In this document: positions 1-7,208 of the stretch, piece by piece
Layout: each line of letters starts with the position of its first letter
Position numbering within the stretch: the first letter of the stretch is position 1
Source: Pseudomonadota bacterium
GTDB lineage: Bacteria > Desulfobacterota > Desulfobacteria > Desulfobacterales > JBDRRP01
Assembly: GCA_043825735.1 (NCBI GenBank)
Contig: JBDRRP010000159.1
Span: 51,167-71,166, forward strand
Length of the DNA: 20,000 nt
Direction of reading: 5' to 3'
Made by a program: the position numbers and the translations under genes
The notes under the pieces: generated by a model
The model's database searches: none
What the model was told of the DNA's origin: nothing
Seen by the model: the letters and a program-made list of their open reading frames with translations, nothing else

Positions 1-1
1 C

Positions 2-1015
2 CTGTGGCGTTATTCCTTTCTGGGAGTAGGCGCAGCCGCGCTCTGGTGGCTCATTTACGGCCAGCTTTTGGGCGCATCCCGGTATCTGACCTATTCCCTG
101 CTGCAGATCCCCCACGACACGCGCCTGGCACACGCCGTCGAGTTTTTCCTCTACGATACGCCCAAGGTGATGATGCTCCTGGTGCTGGTGGTGTTCGGGG
201 TGGGGATCATCCGCACGTTTTTCACCCCCGAGCGCACCCGCGACGTGCTCTCTGGCAAAAGCGAGTTCGTGGGCAACGTCATGGCCGCCATGCTGGGCAT
301 CGTGACCCCGTTTTGCTCCTGCTCGGCGGTGCCGCTGTTCATCGGCTTTGTCACCGCCGGGGTTCCGCTGGGGGTTACCTTCTCCTTTCTGATCGCCGCG
401 CCTCTGGTGAACGAAATCGCCGTGGGGCTGCTTTACGGGCTGCTGGGGTGGAAGATCGCCGCCATCTACATGGGCACCGGGCTGGTTATCGCCATCGGCG
501 CCGGCTGGACCATCGGCCGGCTTCATCTGGAGCGCTACGTCGAGGACTGGGTCACGCAGATGAACGTGAACGCGGCCGCCATTCCGGAAATGCGTCTCTC
601 GTGGCATGACCGCATCGTTGCCGGCTGGGACGCGGTGAAAGACATCCTGGGCAAGGTGTGGATCTACGTCCTTCTGGGGATCGCCGTAGGGGCCGGAATC
701 CATGGCTACGTTCCGGAAGGATTCATGGCGTCCATTATGGGAAAGGGCGCCTGGTGGGCGGTGCCCGCGGCGGTGGGCATCGGGGTGCCCATGTACTCCA
801 ACGCCGCCGGCATCATTCCGGTCGTGGAGGCCCTGCTCGGAAAGGGGGCCGCGCTGGGCACGGTGCTGGCGTTCATGATGAGCGTCATCGCCCTGAGCCT
901 GCCGGAGATGATCATCCTGCGAAAGGTGCTAAAACCCCAGTTGATCGGGGCCTTCATTGGCATTGTCACCATCGGGATTCTCGTGGTGGGATACCTGTTC
1001 AATCTCATTATTTGA
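2..1015 (+). CDS. ArsP/DUF318-family permease (5' end outside window)
   Basis: Frame is open from position 2 (LWRYSFLGVG...). Highly hydrophobic, with TPFCSCSAVP, FSFLIAAPLVN, GVPMYSNAAG and ALSLPEMIIL motifs typical of DUF318/ArsP permeases. Lies in an ars-type cluster. Confidence 0.85.
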   Translation: MWRYSFLGVGAAALWWLIYGQLLGASRYLTYSLLQIPHDTRLAHAVEFFLYDTPKVMMLLVLVVFGVGIIRTFFTPERTRDVLSGKSEFVGNVMAAMLGIVTPFCSCSAVPLFIGFVTAGVPLGVTFSFLIAAPLVNEIAVGLLYGLLGWKIAAIYMGTGLVIAIGAGWTIGRLHLERYVEDWVTQMNVNAAAIPEMRLSWHDRIVAGWDAVKDILGKVWIYVLLGIAVGAGIHGYVPEGFMASIMGKGAWWAVPAAVGIGVPMYSNAAGIIPVVEALLGKGAALGTVLAFMMSVIALSLPEMIILRKVLKPQLIGAFIGIVTIGILVVGYLFNLII

Positions 1016-1038
1016 TTTAAAGCTATGGAGGCAGTGTG

Positions 1039-1464
1039 ATGGGAAACGATTGTTGTGCGGCCGGAAAAAATGTCATGATTCTGTCCTGCTCGGGTGGTTC
1101 CAATACGGGGCAACTGGCCAATCAGGCCGCTGTTGAGCTGACCCAGGAAGGATTCGGCAAAATGTTTTGCCTGGCCGGTATCGGTGGGCGGCTTTCCGGG
1201 TTTGTCCAATCGGCCAAAGACGTGCCAGCCATGGTGGCCATCGACGGCTGCCAGGTGGGTTGCGCCAAAGCCATTCTCGAAGCGGCGAGCGTCCCCCTGG
1301 GGCAGTACCTTGTCCTTACCGATCTCGGGATCGAAAAGAACAAGGAATTCAATTTGAAGGCAGCCGATCTCAAAGCAGTCAAAGAGGCTGTCCGACGGTG
1401 CGTCACAGGAAACTCCCAGGCCGCGAAATCTCCGGCGGAAGGGGGGGGCGCGTGTTGCGGATAA
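1039..1464 (+). CDS. DGC-domain putative zinc/metal-binding protein
   Basis: GGAGG RBS at 1027-1031. Motifs SCSGGSNTGQLAN, CLAGIGG and IDGCxxxCAK. CC pairs at both termini. Confidence 0.85.
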   Translation: MGNDCCAAGKNVMILSCSGGSNTGQLANQAAVELTQEGFGKMFCLAGIGGRLSGFVQSAKDVPAMVAIDGCQVGCAKAILEAASVPLGQYLVLTDLGIEKNKEFNLKAADLKAVKEAVRRCVTGNSQAAKSPAEGGGACCG

Positions 1465-1856
1465 CCATCACCGTGGCCAAGGCGGTGGCGTCGGTGCTGG
1501 CATCGCTGGTGATGCTGACCGCAATGGTTTCAGCGGAACCGGAAATGACTGCCGGATTCGACAAGCTCCCGGTCCCCGGCATGGTAACCATGATCGATCT
1601 GGGAGCCAAGAAATGCATCCCGTGCAAGATGATGGCGCCGATTCTGGTCAAGCTGGAAAAGGAATACAGCGGGCGGGCGGCCATTGTGTTCATCGATGTC
1701 TGGGAAAACAACGAGCAGGCCTACCGATTTAAAATCCAATCCATTCCGACCCAGATATTCTTCGACGCCGACGGCCGTGAGGTGTTTCGCCACTCCGGTT
1801 TTCTGAGCGAAGAGAAGATTAAAAAGGCCCTGACCCAATTGGGCGTCACCTCCTGA
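1452..1856 (+). CDS. Thioredoxin-family protein with N-terminal signal peptide/anchor (CIPC)
   Basis: GTG at 1452 follows a purine-rich GGAAGGGG. Hydrophobic N-terminus, DLGAKKCIPCKMM active site and cis-Pro IPTQIFFD. The start position is inferred. Confidence 0.85.
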   Translation: MLRITITVAKAVASVLASLVMLTAMVSAEPEMTAGFDKLPVPGMVTMIDLGAKKCIPCKMMAPILVKLEKEYSGRAAIVFIDVWENNEQAYRFKIQSIPTQIFFDADGREVFRHSGFLSEEKIKKALTQLGVTS

Positions 1857-1872
1857 GGGAGAAGGGCCGGAT

Positions 1873-2586
1873 ATGCTCGACAGCCTGTTTTTGACGATTA
1901 ATGAATGGATGACCGGTGGGACAGCCTTCGCCGCCGCGGGCTGCTTCCTTTGGGGGATTGTCAGCGTCCTTTTCAGCCCGTGCCATCTGGCTTCGATTCC
2001 GCTGATCGTGGCGTATGTGGGCGGTCAGGAAAACGCCGTCAATCCCCGCAAGGCCGTATGGTACGCCGGGGCCTTCACCACGGGGCTGTTCATCACTATC
2101 GCCGCCGTGGGCATTGCTTGCACGCTGCTGGGCCGTATGCTGGGGGATGTGGGCTCATGGTGGCAGGTAATCGTCGGCGGCGTGCTCATCTGGGTGGCGC
2201 TGGGCATGCTCGGGGTTCAGGCCTGCGCCATGTCAGGGTCCCTGCTGTACCGGCTCAAGCTGCGCGGCATCCACGGCGCTTTCGGTCTCGGGCTGGCCTA
2301 TGGCATTTTATCGGGGTCCTGTACTTTCGGTTTCATCGCGCCGATTCTGGCCATCGTCACCGTGCAGCAGAAGGTGTTCGAGGGATCGGTGATGATGCTG
2401 CTGTTCGCGCTGGGCCACTGCCTGCCCATCGCCCTGGCCGGCAGCAGTACGGCCCTGGTCCGCAAAATTACCGAAAACAGCGCCTGGCAGGGGGCCGGAA
2501 TGTGGTTCCGGCGCGTCGCCGGTATCGTCATCGCGCTGCTGGGGGTCTATTTCATCCTCCAGCCCATTCTGGCGACGGCCGGTTGA
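1873..2586 (+). CDS. ccdA: CcdA/DsbD-beta family transmembrane electron transporter
   Basis: About six hydrophobic segments with SPCHL and SCTFGFIAP Cys motifs. Adjacent to the thioredoxin gene. Confidence 0.85.
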   Translation: MLDSLFLTINEWMTGGTAFAAAGCFLWGIVSVLFSPCHLASIPLIVAYVGGQENAVNPRKAVWYAGAFTTGLFITIAAVGIACTLLGRMLGDVGSWWQVIVGGVLIWVALGMLGVQACAMSGSLLYRLKLRGIHGAFGLGLAYGILSGSCTFGFIAPILAIVTVQQKVFEGSVMMLLFALGHCLPIALAGSSTALVRKITENSAWQGAGMWFRRVAGIVIALLGVYFILQPILATAG

Positions 2587-2609
2587 CAATACTGAAGGGA
2601 GGCGTGGGC

Positions 2610-3164
2610 ATGCTTTTGTCATCGTACCGCCTGGAAATTTTCAACTCCGAGTGCATGCCCGGCGCCATGGGCGTGCACTGCTTCGCCCACCTCGATCAGG
2701 ATGTCTCAGAGGCCCTGCCCTATCTCAATGCCGAGTTGGGCGGCTTCGAATACATCACCGATCCGCCGTCGGTGACCTTCAAGGCCCACGGCAAACTGAT
2801 CACCGTTCACGGCCGGAAAATCGCCGTCAACGCGCTCAAAGATGCTGCCGAGGCTGAAAAAATCATTGAGTGGTTAAAGCGGGAGATCAACACGGCCTGG
2901 GAAAACCGGGACCACATTGCTCCGCGTTATAAAGGCGCGCCGCGTCCTCAGATGCCCATCATATTAAAACTCCTTCCCAAAACCAATTGCCGGGAGTGCG
3001 GGGATCCAACGTGCATGGTGTTTGCCACGAAACTGGCCGACGGTATCCGAGACAGCGGGCAGTGCCCGGAACTTTCCGCGGAGGGCAGGATGGCGCTGGA
3101 TGCCTATCTTGGCGCCATTGCCGGTGACGAGCAAGACCCTCTTTGGCACCCCCGGGCGGTGTAA
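2610..3164 (+). CDS. Fe-S cluster-binding protein (C-terminal CxxCxxxxC...CP domain)
   Basis: GGGAGG RBS before ATG 2610. C-terminal LPKTNCRECGDPTCMVFA...CPEL resembles the FeS domain of RnfB/AcsC N-termini. Confidence 0.8.
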   Translation: MLLSSYRLEIFNSECMPGAMGVHCFAHLDQDVSEALPYLNAELGGFEYITDPPSVTFKAHGKLITVHGRKIAVNALKDAAEAEKIIEWLKREINTAWENRDHIAPRYKGAPRPQMPIILKLLPKTNCRECGDPTCMVFATKLADGIRDSGQCPELSAEGRMALDAYLGAIAGDEQDPLWHPRAV

Positions 3165-3225
3165 TACGGCCGGATGCCCTCGGTGTGACACGGGCCCGCT
3201 GTTCAAGGGGTGGCTGGCCCATCGA

Positions 3226-3435
3226 TTCACCTTTTTCCTCGTGCTGTTGTTCAATCTGGCACGGGGGCTCGATGTAACCTGCGGCTGCTTTTCGACGCAG
3301 CCCACCGAGAAGGGGGCCGGGATATTCACCGTGCTGCGGGACCTGTCGTTTCTATGTGTTTCAGGGTATCTCTTCTATGCTCAATTTTTTACGGCCCAGC
3401 AAGCCGGTGGCCAAAGCGGAAAAAAACGATTTTAA
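3226..3435 (+). pseudogene. C-terminal remnant of a MauE/DoxX-family membrane protein
   Basis: FLVLLFNLARGLDVTCGCFSTQ...IFTVLRDLSFL parallels FNRIRGLDAHCGCFSTE...IFTITRDVGFL in the MauE domain at 6670-7116. No MauE-like N-terminal half or good start codon upstream. Confidence 0.7.
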
Positions 3436-3472
3436 ATGATCGATGTCAACCGTTCCAGGGGATGAGACGATA

Positions 3473-4174
3473 ATGCTGAAAAATAAAATGGTTTTTGGAT
3501 GCCTGGCCGTTTTGTGGGGCGTGGCCACGCTTGCGTGGGCCGGATCGGCAGCCGCCGGTCGCCCCGTTCTGGTGGTAGCGGAAACGCGCCACGAGTTTGG
3601 TACAGTGATCGATGGGACCACGGTGTCCCACGAATTTGTCATCGCCAACAAGGGGACCGGGCCGCTGCACATCCTCAAGATCGAACACGGGTGAGGGTGC
3701 ACCGCCGTGACCCCGTTGCGGCAGATCCCTCCCGGGCAGGAGGGGCGTATCGATGTCAAGGTCAACACCACCGGTTACGGCGGGCAGAGCCTTCGCCAGA
3801 CCGTGCGCATTCAGACCAACGATCCGGGCCGTCCCTGGATCAGCATCTCCATGATAGGCCGGGTGGAAAAACTGCTCGATATCCAGCCCGAGCGGATTCG
3901 CCTGATCGGCGGTGCGGACCAGACACTCACCGCGGACGTGGTGATCACGAAGCGGACCGATCACCCGGTGACCATCGAAAAACTCCTGGCCAAAAACGGC
4001 CGGTCGATCCGCTACGAGTGGGTCCAGCGCTGTACGGCGGAAAGCGGCCGGTGCCTGATTCGCGTGACCAACACCCAGAAGGAAAAGGGCCGGTATGCGG
4101 ATGTCCTTTATCTGGTCACCGACAGCGACCTGCGCCCCACGATCCCCATTTTCATTACCGGCGTCATCCAATAA
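3473..4174 (+). CDS. Exported DUF1573-like Ig-fold protein with in-frame TGA (3692-3694), probable selenoprotein (UGC motif)
   Basis: ORFs 3443-3694 and 3707-4174 share a frame and are separated by a single TGA. Read-through gives HEFGTV...HEFVIANKGTGPLHILKIEHG-*-GCTAVTPLRQIPPGQEGRIDV, the DUF1573 pattern with * at the first Cys of CGC. Signal peptide ends near AWA. Confidence 0.75.
3704..3745 (+). promoter_or_regulatory. Candidate SECIS-like stem-loops 3' of the in-frame UGA
   Basis: Hairpin 1 at 3704-3722: GCCGUGAC-CCC-GUUGCGGC. Hairpin 2 at 3727-3744: CCCUCC-CGGGCA-GGAGGG, with G at the second loop position. Confidence 0.45.
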
Positions 4175-4199
4175 AGACAGAGAACCGGAGGTCCAATCG

Positions 4200-4676
4200 A
4201 TGAAACCCGCGCACATGATACGATACGCGGCACTGTTCACGGCGCTTTCAATCATCATGCCGGTTTATGTGGCATGGGCTGGTGAACATCTGAGCCTGGA
4301 AAACTACCTGCTCGGCTACACCTACGCATCGCGAAAGGAGATGAAGGCCAGCAGCGAACAGTTGATCGACTGGATTGAGGACGGCAAGGCCGTGCTCGTC
4401 GACATCCGTTTTGCCGAGGAGCAGCAGGCCTGGGGCGCCGGTTTCGGTCTCAGGATCCCCCTGAGCGAACTGCCCCGTCGACTGGGTGAGTTGCCCCGGG
4501 ACAAGATCATCGTCACGGCCTGCCCGCACAAGGACCGCGCCACCATCGCCATGGTCTTTCTGCGGACCCGGGGATTCGATGCCCGCTACCTGGCCGACGG
4601 CCTGATCGGGCTGGCGGAAAACCTGCGCGGCGACGATGCGCTTTACTTCATAAAAATGGTCAATGAGAAGAAGTGA
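4200..4676 (+). CDS. Exported rhodanese-like domain protein
   Basis: GGAGG RBS at 4187-4191. Signal peptide ending VAWA, LVDIR...E motif, active-site loop TACPHKDRA and YLADGL. Confidence 0.85.
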   Translation: MKPAHMIRYAALFTALSIIMPVYVAWAGEHLSLENYLLGYTYASRKEMKASSEQLIDWIEDGKAVLVDIRFAEEQQAWGAGFGLRIPLSELPRRLGELPRDKIIVTACPHKDRATIAMVFLRTRGFDARYLADGLIGLAENLRGDDALYFIKMVNEKK

Positions 4677-4741
4677 TTTTCGTCTGCATGCAATTGCGCG
4701 TCACCATAACGACGCCGGCACCGGGGATCACCAAATCGAGT

Positions 4742-4839
4742 GTAGGGTGCGGGGTTTATCCCCGCCCGTGATCGGTGAACACAACCGACGGGGGGCATCT
4801 TTGCCGATTGCGGGAGGGGATGACCCCATATGCGCTAAC
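4742..4839. repeat. GTAG-type REP palindrome plus degenerate inverted copy (REPIN-like doublet)
   Basis: GTAGGGTGCGGGGTTTATCCCCGCCCG at 4742-4768 (GTAG foot plus GCGGGG/CCCCGC hairpin). Degenerate reverse copy CGGGAGGGGATGACCCCATATGCGCTAAC at 4811-4839. Confidence 0.6.
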
Positions 4840-4888
4840 TTGTCAGGCGCTATTGCAATCTGGCAAGTAACGGTAACAGCACAAGACC

Positions 4889-5009
4889 AACGTTGAACAT
4901 CGAACCTCCAACGCCGAATGATGAATGGGAAAAGCAAAAGGCAAGCAACGATGGGCAAGGGTTTTTCATTCGATGTTCAGCGTTCAGCGTTCGATGTTGG
5001 ACGTTCATT
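4889..5009. repeat. Inverted repeat built from 7-nt tandem units
   Basis: Left arm AACGTTG AACATCG AACCTCC AACGCCG AATGATG AATG (4889-4927). Right arm CA TTCGATG TTCAGCG TTCAGCG TTCGATG TTGGACG TTCATT (4967-5009) has the reverse-complement pattern. Confidence 0.8.
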
Positions 5010-5093
5010 CTTTTCCGCAGAGCCCGCCAGGATGCTCGACAAGTCGGTGAGATGACGGGCGGGGGGATCGCGCTTTTGTCTTTAAGGAATAAT

Positions 5094-5594
5094 GTGAATA
5101 CCATTTTTAAACAAAACCTGAAGCAAGCCTTATGGCAACTGCCGCTGCTGATAATTGCCGCGGCCCTGATCGCCGTCTCCTCGAACCATTGGCGCAGCGA
5201 CGGCCTTCCGCTTGTTGGGGACTGGTCGGCGCAGGCGCGCTTTGCCGATGCCGCCGGCGAAAGCCTGGTCATCGGTCTTGAGGAAGCCGCCGGCCTGTTC
5301 GAGCGGCAAGCGGCCCTGTTCCTGGATGCACGGCCGCAAAACCAGTATGCCGAGGGACATATCCAGGGCGCGGTGAGCCTGCCCTGGCAGGAGGCCGACC
5401 GCTATTTCATGGAGCTGGCCGAGCGGCTGGACGGCGCATCCGTGATCATCACCTATTGCGACGGGGAAAGCTGCGATTTGAGCCATGAGCTGGCCCTTTT
5501 TCTCAAAGAGATGGCATTTGAAAACGTCCGCGTGCTGGTCAACGGCTGGAGCCTGTGGCGACAGGCCGGTCTGCCGACGGATAGGCAGGGGTGA
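5094..5594 (+). CDS. Membrane-anchored rhodanese-like domain protein
   Basis: AAGGA RBS then GTG 5094 (start inferred). N-terminal hydrophobic helix, FLDAR..YAEGHIQGA motif, loop YCDGESCDLS and LVNGWSLW. Confidence 0.85.
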   Translation: MNTIFKQNLKQALWQLPLLIIAAALIAVSSNHWRSDGLPLVGDWSAQARFADAAGESLVIGLEEAAGLFERQAALFLDARPQNQYAEGHIQGAVSLPWQEADRYFMELAERLDGASVIITYCDGESCDLSHELALFLKEMAFENVRVLVNGWSLWRQAGLPTDRQG

Positions 5595-5598
5595 AGCC

Positions 5599-7116
5599 AT
5601 GAGTGAAGAGCAGTGCATGAAAGCAGGCGGACATGATAGAAAAAACCACTGCGAAAGTGACATGCATGAAGAGAAAAACGGCGTCCATGGCTGCGCGGGT
5701 CACCATCACGGGCCACCGCTGCAGGACACCAGCGGCCTGCGGCTGTTGGCCACGCTGGCACTGAATCTGATCATCCCGACGGCCCAGATCATCGGGGGGG
5801 TGATGGCCGGCAGCGTGGCCCTGATCTCGGACGCCATACATAACTTCAGTGATTTCACGGCACTGCTGATTTCCTACATCGCCTTTCGCATCGGCCGCAG
5901 GGGCGCCACGGTGTTCAATACTTTCGGTTACCGCAGGGCCGAAATCATGGCCGCACTGATCAATGTCGCACTCCTTGCCGGCGCTTCGGGTGTGATCCTG
6001 TACCATGCCGTTCACCGTTTCGCGAATCCCCAGCCGGTCAACGGCGTGCTGGTCATGGTGCTGGCCGGGGTCGGTGTCGTCGGCAACGGCCTGTCGGCCT
6101 GGCTGCTGCACCGCGATGCGGCCCACAGCCTGAACGTGCGCGGCGCTTTTCTGCACATGGTGGGCGATCTGCTCACTTCGGTGGTGGTCCTGATCAACGG
6201 CGTTATACTGATGTTTTATCCCTGGTACTGGCTCGACCCGCTGCTCTCGGTGCTCATCGTGGCGTTCATTCTGAAAAACGGGTGGACTCTGCTCAGGGAA
6301 TCCACCGCGGTCTTAATGAATGCCACCCCCGGCCACCTGGATCTGGAAAAGGTGCGAAGCTTTCTGGACGGACTGCCCGGGGTTCTCGGCGTGCACTACC
6401 TGCATGCCTGGCAGGTCTCATCGGCCAGCACCGCGTTCTCGTGCCATGTGGTGGTACCCGATCAGCCGGTGAGCCGTACCGAAAAGATTGCCGAAAGCAT
6501 CAAGCATGAGCTGTTTCACCGGTTTCGCATCGATCATCCGGTGCTGCAGTTCGAAACCGCGGCGTGCGGCAACGGGGCGTTGCTTTGCGAAATGGCCTGC
6601 AACGGCGCGCCATGCCCTGCACCGGACGGCGGAAGAAGCGATTTGCAACTCGAAACAAACACGTCATGGACGCAGGCTCTCGCGTTTCATGGGCTGCGTC
6701 TGCTGCTGGGGGCCGTCTTCCTGTATGCCAGCTACGACAAGATCCTGCATCCCGCAGCATTTGCCGAGGCCGTGTACAACTACCAGATCCTGCCCGATGG
6801 GGCCGTCAATCTGGCGGCCTTGACATTGCCCTGGCTGGAGCTGCTGTTGGGCATCTGCCTCGTGGCCGGGTTCTGGCTGCCGGGCGCGACACTGCTGAGC
6901 ACCGCGCTGATGGCCGTCTTTATCGGTGCCCTGGTGTTCAACCGGATCCGTGGGCTGGACGCTCACTGCGGCTGTTTTTCCACGGAAACCACTGCCGGCC
7001 CCGCCGATATTTTCACCATAACCCGCGACGTTGGGTTTCTGGCCGTATCCGTTTTTTTGACCGTACGCGTCCTGTTCGGGCGGCTGCAACATCCCCCCAG
7101 GGCTTCGACCGGTTAA
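5599..7116 (+). CDS. Cation diffusion facilitator (CzcD/ZitB-like) fused to C-terminal MauE/DoxX domain
   Basis: His-rich N-terminus, SDAIHNFSD, TFGYRRAE, LHMVGD and DPLLS motifs, and cytosolic domain HxW...HVVV...HPVLQFE. Then a Cys-rich linker and RLLLGAVFLYASYDKI...PWLE...CGCF. Confidence 0.85.
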   Translation: MSEEQCMKAGGHDRKNHCESDMHEEKNGVHGCAGHHHGPPLQDTSGLRLLATLALNLIIPTAQIIGGVMAGSVALISDAIHNFSDFTALLISYIAFRIGRRGATVFNTFGYRRAEIMAALINVALLAGASGVILYHAVHRFANPQPVNGVLVMVLAGVGVVGNGLSAWLLHRDAAHSLNVRGAFLHMVGDLLTSVVVLINGVILMFYPWYWLDPLLSVLIVAFILKNGWTLLRESTAVLMNATPGHLDLEKVRSFLDGLPGVLGVHYLHAWQVSSASTAFSCHVVVPDQPVSRTEKIAESIKHELFHRFRIDHPVLQFETAACGNGALLCEMACNGAPCPAPDGGRSDLQLETNTSWTQALAFHGLRLLLGAVFLYASYDKILHPAAFAEAVYNYQILPDGAVNLAALTLPWLELLLGICLVAGFWLPGATLLSTALMAVFIGALVFNRIRGLDAHCGCFSTETTAGPADIFTITRDVGFLAVSVFLTVRVLFGRLQHPPRASTG

Positions 7117-7208
7117 CCAAGGAAATAACACGGCGGCGCATAATTTTTCCCACCCTGGTGGATATGGATACCGGAAGAAAAAGCAGGCCTTAAAAGGAGA
7201 TAATTGAA

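Noticed and set aside
1167..1451. N-terminal extension of the thioredoxin ORF
   Set aside because: It overlaps the DGC gene in another frame and is Arg-rich nonsense. The real start is near GTG 1452.
1905..2609. Long N-terminal part of the 419-aa ORF
   Set aside because: Shadow frame of ccdA. The RBS and ATG at 2610 define the real gene.
3707..4174. Independent 155-aa gene starting at GTG 3707
   Set aside because: It starts mid-domain immediately after the UGC motif. Read-through from 3473 explains it better.
4893..5093. N-terminal extension of the second rhodanese
   Set aside because: It translates the heptamer foldback repeat. The RBS and anchor helix point to a start near 5094.
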